From Eledone cirrhosa (lineage: Eukaryota): 64,000 nucleotides of DNA. Location of the stretch: assembly GCA_964016885.1 (NCBI GenBank), contig OZ024742.1, positions 78,306,001 to 78,370,000 on the forward strand. Direction: 5' to 3'. The notes below the pieces were generated by a model. It was not told where the DNA came from. It was given only the letters and a program-made list of their open reading frames with translations, and ran no database searches. Position numbers and translations under genes: made by a program. Within the stretch, counting starts at the first letter, position 1. Each line of letters opens with the position of its first letter. This document shows, piece after piece, positions 46,573 through 61,486 of the stretch.

Positions 46573-46610
46573 ATTTTCTGATGTAGGACTAGTTTCCGAA
46601 ACGTTAAGAT
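46573..46610 (+). ncRNA. Minimal hammerhead with one core change
   Basis: atttt-CTGATGT-agga/tcc-GAAA-cg-TT-aagat. Confidence 0.55.
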
Positions 46611-46699
46611 CCTTTTCGTGATATTTCAAGTGTTAAACTAATATATTTCTCCAATGTACAGTGTCGTTTGCTTTGTTATTTCTGTTTTCTTCATATATA

Positions 46700-47690
46700 T
46701 ATTACAAAGTGAAATTACAGGAGGCCAAATATGTTGAATTTTCTTAATTATCTATTTCTGCAAACACTATGCACAAATGTGCATAGTGGCCAGGTTGCGT
46801 AAGAACCTGATGAAAAAAATAGAGAAGAAATAAGTGTGACGACCGAAGCAGCACGTCTCTGAAATGTGCAAAACGTTTGCAGAAAAAAAATAATTAAGGA
46901 AATTCAATATATTTGGCCTCCTGTAATCTCCCTTTATAATACATTTACTCCTTCACGCACCACCAACATGATTTAACATCAAAGATGGATGAGTTGCATA
47001 GCATCGAGTGCGTTTCTCATATTACGTCATGATTAACATTGCAGAATTACCAAGTCTACCCAGTGGTAAACGACCAGATTTAAACGTATATATAAGAGTT
47101 CCCTCCCTCACACCCTACCTAATCCTTTTTCTTAAATAAATTAAATATCATCCAGCAAGAATTGCTTCCCCCTGCATATTAACTCTCTAAAAAGGGAAAT
47201 CATATCAAACCTCAGTCTACCATTTGCCTCCATCACGGAATCATGGATCAACTAAGCACTCTTGCTATATTAACACATTTTGATCTGCTTAACTTCAAGA
47301 ACTATGCCTGCAAATAACATTATTTTTTCTTCCACATTGACTTTTTATGCTCTACATTATTCACGATTTTTTTTTCCTTTTTCTTTTTTCTTTTGTAAAT
47401 AACATTATTCTTTCTGCACCTTCTGTTTAACATGTGCGACACCACACTAATACATTTCACTATCATTTGATAATGCATAAAAATGCTGAAACCGGTAATA
47501 GACAATAATTTAATATATAAATAGATAAATAAATGCCATTGTTAAACAATAAATAAATCAACTAATACCTTAATACTTCACACAAAATAAAACATTTCGT
47601 TTTAATCATTTTCTAACCCAGAAAAAAGAGAGAGAGAAACAAAAAAGGAAAAAAATATATTTGTCTTCCTAATAATCGTCTCTTTCTCCC
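46700..47690 (+). mobile_element. Fold-back PLE derivative
   Basis: Diverged arms 46700-46775 and 46863-46940 around ctgatga...gaaatgtgca; continues into AT-rich PLE-like sequence. Confidence 0.55.
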
Positions 47691-47693
47691 TGT

Positions 47694-47761
<68 letters not shown>

Positions 47762-47791
47762 ACATATACATATATATATATATATGTATAC

Positions 47792-47862
<71 letters not shown>

Positions 47863-47884
47863 ACATATACATATATATATATAT

Positions 47885-49326
47885 ATAATGTAGGAGGTGA
47901 GTTTTATTGTAGTACAATAAAGCAATGCAGATATCGGATAAGAAGCACTCTACAGTTTGTGGGACTGGAGTATGCATAATATAAGATCAAAAGATGGTTA
48001 AAGGAGTTCCATGTATTTTATTATGCGCATTTCAAAAACAAACATCATCATGCAATAATATTTGTGTTTTCATCAGATAAAACAGGAGAACATGATATGA
48101 AGGCTAAAAAACACTTGTGGATAGTGCAGTTTTAAATCAACATATGAAAAGTGGTTTTAAATTAATGTGTGATACTGGGAAAAATATTTTATTTAGAGAA
48201 GGTGGGGGGGTGGAAAGGATTAAAAGGGAAGGAGATGAGAGGGAGAGATGGGTGATAGAGAGAAAGAGATAGTTTTTATAACTGAGAGGAGATATATGGT
48301 TTTACATAGAGAGGTTGAAAACCGTTGGAAGATAATGTATAAATTAAAAATTTTGAAAGTTAACGAAGGGAGGATATGTGCGAGGAAAAAATATTTTATT
48401 TAGGGAGGAGGGAGGATGAAAAAAAGGGGGAGGAGATGAGAGTGAAGGTGGAGAGGAAGAGATGGGTGATAGAGAGAAAGAGATAGTTTTTATAACTGAG
48501 AAAAAGATATATTGTTTTAACATAGAGAGGTTGGGAACCGTTGGAAGATAATGTATAAATTAAAGGAATTTGAAAATTAACGAAGGGAAATTATGTATGA
48601 AGATAGAGAGAAAAAAATAATAATTGTGGATGAATATTCTAACGTCAAAAAAAGAAATGTATGTATTGTGGCAATTTCAAAATTAACGAAGAGAAAAATT
48701 ATTAAGGTTTGTGTGTAGAAGGATTTGAGAAAAATAATGTGAAGTTAAAGTTTGTATATTGAAGGAATTGATAATATATGCGAATAAAGAGTTAATGTGT
48801 ATTAATAATGAGTTCGTTGATGGGGAGAAAAAAATAATAAATTAAGGATGAAATTGAGATTAAAAAGATTTATGATAGAGAGAAAAAATAATAATGATTG
48901 CGGATGAATATTCTAACATCAAAACAACAGAATGTATATGTTATGATTTTACAAGGTGAAGATAGACTGAGGGTAATGAGTAAACAAGTATTATAGAGTG
49001 TAAATTAAGGTATAAAGTAAGGTAGATGGGTATATTTTAAAGAGGTGTATGTATATGTGCCTTTGAGAAAAGATTCTAAATTGATAAAGAATTGAATTTT
49101 AACTGTATACTTTGTGAAAAGTTCTATGGAATTTATGCAGGCAGATAGAAAACAAATCTGTGCGTCTATTTATTATAGAATCTAGGTTAGAGATAATGGT
49201 AAATTTTTCATTTAGGCAGAGATTACAGATTTTAGATAGAGAGCTGTTCAAGTATGAGGATGCAGAAGAAATCTTCTTCCAAAAGATGGTATATTTAATG
49301 TTTTTGTCTTTTAAGGACCATATGAG

Positions 49327-49330
<4 letters not shown>
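47885..49330 (-). mobile_element. PLE-derived element
   Basis: HHR, bulged hairpin and (TA)n at the 3' end; body with internal duplication (48180-48380 vs 48385-48590) and no ORF. Confidence 0.65.
48015..48083 (-). ncRNA. Type I hammerhead
   Basis: gttttat-CTGATGA-aaac-acaaatat/atgtttgt-tttt-GAAA-tgcgca-TA-ataaaat. Confidence 0.8.
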
Positions 49331-49383
<53 letters not shown>

Positions 49384-49400
49384 CATATATATATATATAC

Positions 49401-49498
<98 letters not shown>

Positions 49499-49523
49499 GT
49501 ATATATATATGTATATATATATG

Positions 49524-49554
<31 letters not shown>

Positions 49555-49555
49555 G

Positions 49556-49608
<53 letters not shown>

Positions 49609-50173
49609 TTTATTGTTTTATTTTTTTATTTTTCTTAGTTTATAGATACATTTATATTAGGCAGTCTGCTCAGACAGTTGAATACTGACCCCTCCCCCTC
49701 CCCCTCCCACCTAATTTCTGTATCTTGATCTAAAAATGTGTGTGCCAGTGTTTTATGTGAGTGAATTAATATCCATGTGCTTATGATTTTATATCCACAT
49801 ATATAAATGTGAGTGGGGGTGTGTGTGTGTTTGTATGTTCGTGGTTATGTGTATATTTATGCATATACGCGTGTGTATGTGTGATTGTACGGATATGTGT
49901 GAGTATGAAAAAATATATTTATATACTTGACTTCATAAGTGTCAATGCGCATCTTATCTGCGCATTGTAAGCTTACAGAGATATTAACCTTGAAATTTTG
50001 TATTTGCATCCATCCTTTTAGTATGCGTATACAAATTATACATACATTTTTGTAAAATATGTGTAAGGGTTTTACATGTATATACACACACCGAACTGCA
50101 TTTAACCCTTTGTGTTTTCATTGGTCAATTTTGAACTGAAATTTTGAATTGTTGTTATTATCAATAAATATAC

Positions 50174-50328
50174 TTCATTATTTCTGAAGACGGCGTATAT
50201 ATGTGTTTGGTATGTATATTTAATCTTGATAATTTGTATAATTTTGTATAATTTTGTACATAGATCTGTTGAATATGCATACCAATTCTAACACATATAT
50301 ATCCTAGAAACGATCGTTAAATAATGAA
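50174..50328 (+). ncRNA. Type I hammerhead with 10-bp stem I and long stem II
   Basis: ttcattattt-CTGAAGA-cgg..tatatatgtgtt/aacacatatata..ccta-GAAA-cgatcg-TT-aaataatgaa. Confidence 0.8.
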
Positions 50329-50516
50329 CTTTTTTTGTTTAATATAAGGAATTGTTTATTCATTATTTGTTTAATATTTTATCTTGACTCTGTATACCGT
50401 TTATCTTTCACCGAAAGTGGTTTTTCATTACATCTCTTCTTTCCATGATATCCGGAATACATTGAGTTCTTCATACGGATTGGACACTACCGTAAACTCT
50501 TGGTAGATTTATCTAC

Positions 50517-51405
<889 letters not shown>

Positions 51406-51461
51406 GTCCAGAATTAGCCGTCGAAACGGCTTGAGCTCAGCTGTCGGGGTCTTACTGGTTC

Positions 51462-51509
<48 letters not shown>

Positions 51510-52307
51510 TATATATAATATATACCATATATATATATCATAATATATATATATCATTTCCCTATAGCAGCATTAAAAACATGCTGCTATAGAGAAACAT
51601 GCTGCTACAGATATCGTGAGTACATTGTAAGACATATATCATAAGCAGTAAATAAACATATATCATAAGCATTAAAAAATTAATAAAGTTAATAAGAGCA
51701 GGCAAATATAAATTTAAAAAATGTTAAATATATCTCCAAAAGATATTTTTAATAATGTATATAAAAAAGTTCGACTACGTAATTGAGTCATGATAATAAA
51801 CTATTATTTTTCAACCATTCAGAGGTAATAATGTTGAGTAAGTATAATGAGCAAAGTAAAAATCAAATATAGATTTAAGTGTTATCAAGACACATCATCA
51901 AAAAAGTACCACATATTTCAATAGAGTCATATATGGTTAGGCATAAAAAAAACTCCATCTTAACATGGAGTTTTAAAAATGTATCCTTAAATGACGGTTA
52001 ATACTGAAATAAAAATAAAAGAGAGGTAATAAGATAATAAGACATTCTATAAGAGAGTTTCAATTTATTAAAAAGGAAAACAAAGATGTAGTATGTCACG
52101 AAGTAACGACTTGAAAAATATTTTTTTTAATGATTTTATCTGCTCCTAATTTTATAGCATTTATATACTCCTATTCTTCATATGCTTTTTTTCCTCCTTT
52201 GTTACCTTATACAAATGTTGATACTTATGCTTAGTTCCCATATAATGTATCCTACTAATGTTCTTGTGACAAAGTTCTGATATATTTGTGCTTTGACCTT
52301 TATTATA

Positions 52308-52354
52308 TACTCCGATGATTTTGGCCTTGTGCTAGGATGAAACGATCGTAAGTG
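52308..52354 (+). ncRNA. Minimal hammerhead, CCGAUGA variant
   Basis: tact-CCGATGA-ttttggc/gctagga-t-GAAA-cgatcg-TA-agtg. Confidence 0.65.
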
Positions 52355-52368
52355 ATTAAATGTTTTAA

Positions 52369-52769
52369 TTCCGCGGGCTCACATACATTCTCTGTGCGTG
52401 ATTTGGCTCAGCTCAGCCAATCAACGCCAGTAGAAGAGGATGTATCCCTACGTGTTCTGAGGGAGAAATAGCCCGCAAAGATTTGAGGACGCTATGACTC
52501 GCAGCTTCGACCGTGCTAAGGTAAACAACCATTTTTCTTGCGCCGTGAAATCACTAGCCAATATGTAACACAACAATTTAACCACGGCCTGGCAACGCTT
52601 CTCTCAGCCAGTAGCCCGTGTCTTTCTGGAATCTTAATTCGTTTGTTTAATTTCTCTTGGCATGCCAGCTCAACCTTTGTTAATAAATAATGTAAAAACA
52701 AGCTAAAGTCGTGGTCGATATTCCTATCATATCTTTCTACCAAACCTGGTTCCTCGTGGCGACATTACA
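52369..52769 (+). mobile_element. Solo LTR of a related subfamily
   Basis: The first ~120 bp match the 5' part of the 28964-29340 LTR (ccgcgggctcacatacattctctgtgcgtgatttggctcagc...), then diverge; aataaa at ~52682; ends ttaca. Confidence 0.7.
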
Positions 52770-52919
52770 ACCCTCTAAAATACTTCTCCGCTAAATTGAT
52801 GACAATATACCTCAACGAAATTGGTGACTTATATTCAACAAAGAGAAACATTTTTTTCCTTTACACTCATTGATTGTTATTTACAAGGTATACACACACA
52901 CGCACGCACGCACACACAT

Positions 52920-52999
<80 letters not shown>

Positions 53000-53181
53000 G
53001 TGTGTATATATATAAACATATGTATATATATATATATGTTTATATATATATTTATATTTATGTATATACATATATATATATGGGCATTATGTCTGCGTAT
53101 GTGTGCGCGTATGAGTGTGAGTGTGTGCGTGTGTAGATGTGGGGTTATGTTTATATTTGTGTTTGTTTTTGTGTGTATTGC

Positions 53182-53915
53182 ATAAGGCATTACATAAAAA
53201 GTATAGAAAAACGGACATTAATGATATCAACAAGGAAGGTCTAGCGATAGTGAATAGATTAGGTATAGCTGACCATACCTAACTGTTTGAACATAGGCAA
53301 CCGACTTTCAACTTAAAAGACCATAAAAGTAACTTCGAATCTAATTTTTCTTTTGACTTATCTGCTCCTTTAAATCAGACATAGGTCTTATCAGTAAAAA
53401 AATATATTAGATGAAGTATTAAATCAGATGAGGAATTTACTATCGATTAGAATTTTGAGCGAAACCAACGAGTTTAATTAGTATAAATGACAAACTAGCA
53501 TCAGAATCCCCTCAGTTCGACATAGGCCATTACTATTCTTCTATGTCCCAGTTCTACTCAACATGGCTTTTGCGTTTACAATGCGAAATTCCAGCTCAAC
53601 TAGGGACGAATTTAATATAATTGTTTCTACTTTTTGCACAAGGCCAGCAATTACCCAGTGCATTACTGGCACTTTATTTTATCGACCCCGAAAGGAGGAC
53701 AGGTAAATTTAACCTCGGCGGGATTTGAACTCAGAATGGCAAGGGCCATAACTCTATGCGTCAAAGCATGGCGTCCGACCCTCTACCGATACTGCCAATC
53801 CACCGCGAATTTAATATAATATTAGCCGCTAGATGTTCAATCATCATGTTTGATAACGAGTACTGGACATGTAAAAGATAGGAATAACTTCAACATAACC
53901 ATGGGTTCCAGTGCC
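53182..53915 (+). mobile_element. PLE reverse transcriptase fragment
   Basis: FNLKDHKSNF..KSDIGLISKK, QFDIGHYYSSM, NFNITMGS; frameshifted and interrupted by a SINE. Confidence 0.8.
53622..53805 (-). mobile_element. Full-length tRNA-derived SINE with 15-bp TSD
   Basis: cgaatttaatataat at 53607-53621 and 53806-53820. Confidence 0.9.
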
Positions 53916-54228
53916 AGGGTTAGTTGTTAGAGCGTTGGACCAGCAAGGATGAGACTGTGAGTTAGATTCCCGGATCGGGTGGTACGTTGTGTCTTTGAGC
54001 AAATTACTTCATTTCATGTTTCTCCAGTTCACTCAGCTGCAGAAATCAAGCTGCATCGGTCTTTGCCTTTCCCTTGGACAATATCGGTGGCGGGGAGAGC
54101 GGGGCGGGTATACAGGGGCGACTGCTGGTTTTCCACAAAAATAATTTGTCAGATTTTATGCCTTGGAGGGGAACCTTCTAGGCACAAATCACATAGTCAT
54201 TAGTGACCGAAAGGCGTTTTAACCCTTT
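53916..54228 (+). mobile_element. tRNA-derived SINE (third family)
   Basis: A-box-like tagttgttagagcg, B-box-like gagttagattccc, core gtgtctttgagcaaattacttcatttca...cagttcactcagctg. Confidence 0.75.
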
Positions 54229-54661
54229 ATATACATATATGTGTGTGTGTTCTTGTCTTTGTCAGTGCCTGTCTGTGTGTGCACGCATGTCTGTGTGTGT
54301 GTATGTATTTCGATGACTTTGTTTATGTTCCCATAAATTAGCGGTAAAATAAGTACCAGTAATGCAAGTAGTTAAACATCAGAGATAATCTGGCACACAA
54401 TAAACCAACATCACACGTATCTGAAATAAACTCAACATCAAATAACTAAATATGGAAGTAGCAAAAGAAATTAAAATCATTATTGAAAAAAGTGAACTAC
54501 CAATCCTGTAAACCACCATGAAACAAAACAGTGAAACACTATACAGCATGAATTAACAGCATGAACAACACCGGGCATATTATGCATCATGTGACAATAC
54601 GTCAAATAATATAATCCATTGTCTTTGTCCTGCGTGCTCTCTATTTTGAATTTATATATGC

Positions 54662-54762
<101 letters not shown>

Positions 54763-54775
54763 CATATATATATAC

Positions 54776-54824
<49 letters not shown>

Positions 54825-54825
54825 C

Positions 54826-54856
<31 letters not shown>

Positions 54857-54911
54857 AATACATATATATATACATATATATACATATATATATAAATACA
54901 TATATATATAC

Positions 54912-54974
<63 letters not shown>

Positions 54975-54978
54975 TATG

Positions 54979-55055
<77 letters not shown>

Positions 55056-55057
55056 GT

Positions 55058-55262
<205 letters not shown>

Positions 55263-55969
55263 TATATATTATATATATATATATAAGATAGCGATACTTT
55301 TACATATCTCATTGTTTCGTATTAACTATCTTACTTTATATATACAAAGATTCCTTAGGTTTACGCCTTGCGAATGAAGATAAAGAAAGAAAAAGAAAAA
55401 ACAAATGCCTCAATGTATGGACATCAGGAAAGAACAAAGTTCGGAGAGAGCGGAGGTTGGAATGTAAGAGAGAGAGAAAGATAAATAGACTTATTTTATA
55501 ACCTACTTGCAACATTCTCATACATTCTAAATACCTGGCATACTCCTTCTCGTAAGATCAATCTATACATTTATCAATGCATAAATATCAGTATATATCT
55601 GCTTCTACTCGAAATGTGCTTTCTATATCTTGTTCTTCTTTCCTATTGTATTGAGTTGAGATCATTCAACTTTTTACTGTTATACATAGATATCCCATTT
55701 AGATTCAAGATACATATTACAATTAACGCCATGAATATCAATAAATAACTAACAGCTTTATGTAATGAAAACTATCTCTAAACGATCTGTGAGTTGGCAC
55801 TATATTTTCTCTTAACTAAGATAAAAATGTGATATACATATATTACAATGTATCATATATAATTGTTCACTCGTTTAGTAGTTTTAGCCATCCGATAACT
55901 ATAATCATGACGATAACAATGATATATGTGTGTGTGTGTGTGTGTATGTGGGTGTGTGTGTGTGTGTGT

Positions 55970-56038
<69 letters not shown>

Positions 56039-56792
56039 GGTGTTGTTGTTCTTCTTTGCACACGCATATTTAACAATGACTGACAAAAATAACAATTATG
56101 ACTACAAAAACAATAATCATGATGATGATAGCTGATTTGTTTTTAATGTATATTTCACATGTCCAGTGAATTTGAAGATATTTCAATGAAAAATTACAAG
56201 CCAGCTGCTTTTTACAGAGCCTGACATTAAAGGGCAGTCATAAAAAAAAAAAATATATATATATATATGCAATAAATGATCAAATAATCCCTCTCGGTAT
56301 GGTGACAGTTAACTATGACTGATCAAAGAACACCAAAATTCCAGGATTTCACTGTTTTCAAAATGTCCTGTGCCAGTTATGTTGTCGACCTACATGCTGA
56401 TACAGGGCCCAATTCCACAGCCTCTCCTTTAAACATCTTTCAGTATATTAACTAAAGTGTATCACCGCCATCTCAAAACTCTTATTCTTTCTCGAGTGGA
56501 TCTTTAAGAGAAAAATAACACTCCACATTTCTTTCAATTTGATCAACTAACATCCTATTTCACCGTGACCACCAAACAGAGGAAAATGATCTTTACATTC
56601 CTCTCCAAAGAAAAGCGAACGAGCGATTCTTACCAGATTTTATTATACAGACCCGTCCAAATCCTGTTTGACATATCTCCACAGATCAACAGTGTTCGGA
56701 CGTTGAATGAGAGCTTACTCTAATGTTTCGCCTTCGTGTATTTCAAAGAGAATAATTAGACGGTTCCTTCGAGTCTGTAGAGTTCAACACAA

Positions 56793-57350
56793 ACTCTTCT
56801 TCTTGTGACGCTAAACGCCGCCAGTTGCAGAATGCTCATTAACATGTGATAGTTCTCTCCACAAAGTTCGATCACCAACAGCAGAGTTTAAAGAGCAAAG
56901 ATCAAGTCCAGTCCATAAGTTGACATTGTCAAGCCATCGTTTTGACTGCCGGCCTTTGCTTCTCTTACCAGGCAACCTTCCTTCCAGGAATAACCTACTC
57001 ACACCATGAGTTGATCTTTTTATATGACCGTATAGTTTGAGTACTCTTGACTTAACAATTAATGTAATTGGTGTAAATCTGGTAATGTTGAGCAGCTCAC
57101 TGATACAAATACGGTCCCTAATCCGCTTGCCAGTCACAAGTCTCATGATGTGGTTCTGGAATGTAGAGCGCTTCTGAAGTGACCTTGTCGTCCAATTAAC
57201 ACAGTCAAGACCATATAACACAACTGGTAGGATGTTAGTATCAACGATCTTAGCCTTCAAATGATAGGGAACTCGTTTTGATGTTAGTACTTCCTTGTTC
57301 TTGTTGAAAGCTGCCCAACCTAGAGCGATTCGATATTGCGAACTAGCTAT
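56793..57350 (-). mobile_element. RTE-clade LINE 3' fragment
   Basis: RIALGWAAFNK, ILPVVLYG, LKLYGHIKR, GKRSKGRQSKRWLD, DRTLWR; (AAG)n tail. Confidence 0.9.
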
Positions 57351-57354
57351 GCCC

Positions 57355-57605
57355 CAAACCCTAGTAACGGGTTCTTCGGTTGAACTTCATCGACTCCTAG
57401 GATCTCTCTGAAAACCTCGTCACTCAAGCGCACCACAAATCCTCTCTAGAATGTAAAGATTAACGTTCCACTGGTCGCAATTTCCCAACTGGCAGGCAAT
57501 TGTGAGTGCTTGACAGATGGCAGGCTCATAATATTGGTCTTCGCTTGACCAGGCCTGTAGCTCCATCAAAGAAACTAGTTTTGGGAAGATATGCCTCACA
57601 ATAGC
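57355..57605 (-). mobile_element. Tx1-like LINE internal fragment
   Basis: Minus strand tgatggagctacaggcctggtcaagcgaagacc aligns with 44855-44890. Confidence 0.7.
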
Positions 57606-58271
57606 ATCAATTATAATATTAATGTTACAGTTCCTAATATTAATGATGATGATTTCTGCTATTGAAACAAGTTAGAAAAATATTAATAATAATACATACA
57701 TAATACATAACAACAATAAATAATTATTATTATTATTGTTTTTTGTTATTGTTGTTATTATCGTTATTATTGTTGTTGTTGTTGTTGTTGTTATAACAAA
57801 AACAACAATGAAATGTTATATTATTCGTTTCCTCATTTGCCAAAATGGTGGTGTAATATAAAAAGGAAAAAAAAATGTTATTATAAAGAAAACGGACAGA
57901 AAGCTACATAGACTGTAAACACGCCAAAGAAACAAAAATAGTAAATGCAATAAACAAAATTTTTTAAATATATTGTTTAAATAATAATATAATTAAGTAA
58001 ATATATAAATTAATAAATCTTTTGTGTGCGTTTTGTTATGTCATAAAGAACGGACAGAGAAAAGAGGAAGTTTCAAACATTAACCTTTATGTAACCATAG
58101 CGTCCATTCTGTCGTGCACTCACTAGCTTTTATTTGATCTGACAACCATGAAGGTATATTACCACAACAAATATAAAAGTCAACAACGACAACAACGCCA
58201 AACTCAACAACAATGGCAATAATATTCATATCAACAGCAACAACAACTACAACAACAGCCTATAATAACAA

Positions 58272-58473
58272 TAATTGTTTCTACTTTTGGCACAGGACCA
58301 GCAATTTGGTGGGATGGGAAAGTCGATTAAATCAACACCAGTGCGTGACTGGTACTTTATTTTATCGACCCCGGAAAAGCAAAGCTAACCTCGGCGGGAT
58401 TTGAACTCAGATCGTAAAAGGGCATAACTCTATGCTAAAAAGCATGATGTCCGACGCTCTACCGATACTGCCA
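58272..58473 (-). mobile_element. tRNA-derived SINE
   Basis: Reverse complement of the 2040-2222 family. Confidence 0.85.
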
Positions 58474-58532
58474 ATAATAATAATAATAATTGTCCCTACT
58501 TGGCACAAGAATAATTGTAATTATAACAGTTA

Positions 58533-59123
58533 CTAGCAGTGGTACCCGGCGTTGCACGGGATAAGGTATTTTGGAACGCGGGCCGCCAACAGACCTAATC
58601 GAAGAAAAACTGCATGCCTAGACAATATGTAAAGAAAATAAACCGAATACTCTGATGGCTGGATAATCTTTAAGATTTTCCTCGATGAAGAAGGAAAAAT
58701 GCAGGTTTTCACCTAATGCGGGCCCCAGGGGATCAAGAAAATGAATTTTTTTATGTGCATAATATGCCTTGAAATTTCGGGAAAATCGGCTAGACGTAAC
58801 GCCTCAAAAAAGGCCTAAAAAGCTGAAAAATGAAGTTTTTCACCTAATGCGGGCCCTAGGTCATAAAAAAGTTGGATTTCTTTGCTCACGGTTGAAGAAG
58901 AGACTGACTAATACATAGTTACAATTTGAAGGAAATCGGTCTGACGTAACGCCTCAAAACACCCCTAAAAAGCTGAAAAAAACGCAGTTTTTCACCTAAT
59001 GCGGGCCATAGGGTATCAAAAAGTTGAATTTTTTAATGTGTATATCACTCCCTGAAACAAGTAATACACATGTAAAGTTTGAAAAAATTCGGTTGGGTAC
59101 TTCTCGAGTTTTAGGGATTCAAA

Positions 59124-59170
<47 letters not shown>

Positions 59171-59191
59171 CCTCAGTTTTATATATATAGA
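58533..59191 (-). mobile_element. Non-autonomous Helitron
   Basis: 5' TCTATATATATAAAA plus (TG)n; 3' cccg..cggg hairpin plus CTAG; A/T insertion; three internal ttttcacctaatgcgggcc subrepeats. Confidence 0.82.
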
Positions 59192-60329
59192 TATCAACTA
59201 GCAAGGGAATACCTACTTCGGAGCACGATCTGCCAGAAATAAAATATTTCTTCCAATTCACCAACTGACTTTTATAAATGAAGTATTCTTTGCATAATGT
59301 AGACCAATACGCCACTAAAAAGACAGGATGGCCACGGTTGGAATTCCCTTCATCATAATTATGCTAGATGATCACTGATGTAAGGCTGAATAGCATGAAC
59401 GGCAAAGACAATAGTAGTGGTAACAATAACAGCAATAACAAAAATTACATTTAACAAAACAATAACAGCCATAGCAAGAACAAGCATCCAATTGCCATTA
59501 ACCAAAAATTCATATCAATTGAGAGACAAAACTGTTTTATTTTTTCATTTAAAAAAAAATCGGGTCTGATAATGACTAATCCGATTTGAAAAATATAAAT
59601 GAATGCAGATAAAAAAATACATATTAATAAAATTACCATTTTGTTTCTTCACCTTCATCAATAATATGTATTCATGTAAACAATATGATAGCTAACAATA
59701 AATTAACAATAACAGTGAATTAAATAAATCCTTACATCAGATAAAAACACACACTTTAAATAATATTTATATAAAAAAAAAGGATATATATCATCGTTAT
59801 TGTTTGATCGACTGAATGTCAAACACGTAAACTGACGTGTATATGGTTAAGTGATTATTCCACAGTCACGTATAATCTTAGCGCAATTCCTAAACCGAAT
59901 CGGTGTAGCACAATGTATGAGAAACTTGGACCTTTATTTACAAATACAATTCACTCGACTGGCTTACACACAGTCTCCGCTTACCCAATTGCACTCACAA
60001 ATCTTTGGCCGACTCGTGGCTATAACAAAATCAATTACTAAAGAAATGAAATCTAGCTTCAGACCTTATGAATACGACAGGAAGCTCTGGACTAATTAGC
60101 CGTGATACTTTACTATTCAGACATGGCAATTATTTAACCTTAGGTTGGGCTGAGCAAAGAGAGTTATGTTCATTGAGCATAATGTCTTAACCGTAGTGCG
60201 GGCACTATATAAAACATCCGTAATTGGTGCTGCCATTTAGTCAGTAGCAGAACCCAGTTGACATAATATTACTCTTAAATTAATGATGCATTTTGATTGG
60301 GGAAACATTTAATTTTATCATTTAGGATA

Positions 60330-61486
60330 AAGTGGGAAGCGTTGGCGGATAAGGAAATTAGGTCAAGATATGCAGATACTATTGCATCCATGTTCAGAGA
60401 ACTCCCTACGCAATCTCAGGACGTTGGGACGGAGTGGAGACTGTTTAAATCGGCAGCTTTTGTTTGAGCTGTTAAAAGCTGCGAGCGAAAGCAGCTTCGT
60501 GTGATGCCGGTTGAGAGGAAGATCTCTTGATTGGTTCAAATGGTCAAAGATGGCATTCGACCAAAGAAAGAGTCTTTAAAAGCTTGGAAATAAGTCCACC
60601 TTGCTGCATTTGCGGCACAGCCGGCCAAATATTCACACTGCGACAAGTTTTAGAAAAATTGTGCGAGTACTGCCAGTAGGTGTATTCTTCTTACTTTGTA
60701 GGCCTTGAACAGGCGTACGGCCGCGTTGCCCGGGACCTGCTGTGGAAAGTTCTGCCGGGGTATGGGATCGATGGACAGCTTTTTGTGGCCTTGATGTCTC
60801 TAGACGAATGACCTAGTATTTGTGTTCGGATAAATGGTGCTAAATTCAAGCTGTTCAGTGTGGGAGTCGGACTCTTCCAATGGTGCGTACTGTCACCTCT
60901 CCTGTTCAGAATCTCCATGTACAAGATTGACATGTATAGCCTGGTTGGAAGTGGTGTCAAGTGGTATCAATTCTGGTGGATGTTGAATCAAATGGCTGGA
61001 AATTGTGGAGGACATGTGTAAAAGCCAAACTGATTATCTTCAATTCGGTATTTACGTCGACCCTTACTTAGAGTCACGAATCTTGAGTAATGACTGAAGG
61101 AGTACCATCGCGAATACAAGCGGTGGAAAAGGGGTTCGTCCGAAGGGTTTTTGGAATAATGTTGTTCGATAGAGTGCGTAGCTCGAAGATCAGAGAGTTG
61201 CTCCAGGTAGAGCCAGTATTTCTGCGAATAGACAGCTCCGATATTACGGGCATGTGGTTAGGATGTCTCAGAAACGAATCGCTGGACAGATTTTAGGACA
61301 AAACCAACCGACAGGAGACTATGAGGTAGACTACCAGCAAGATAATATCCATGAGCTTGACTGGTCTCGTTTGGGGATCCAGTCGCATCAATTGGAAATT
61401 ATTCCTTGTGATAAAACCAGCTGGAATGCGTGTTTGAGGACTCTGCCCACACGAACTTCCCAGGAATAAGTAGGCGAAGAAGAAGT
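60330..61486 (+). mobile_element. Decayed RTE-clade LINE with internal deletions
   Basis: FVGLEQAYGRV (DLEKAYDRV), VGVGLFQWCVLSPLLF, RIQAVEKGFVRRV; gaagaagaag tail. Confidence 0.8.

Noticed and set aside
59195-59370. Possible minus-strand exon (HNYDEGNSNRGHPVFLVAYW...) between AG and GT
   Set aside because: Weak polypyrimidine tract and no recognisable homology; would need RNA-seq.
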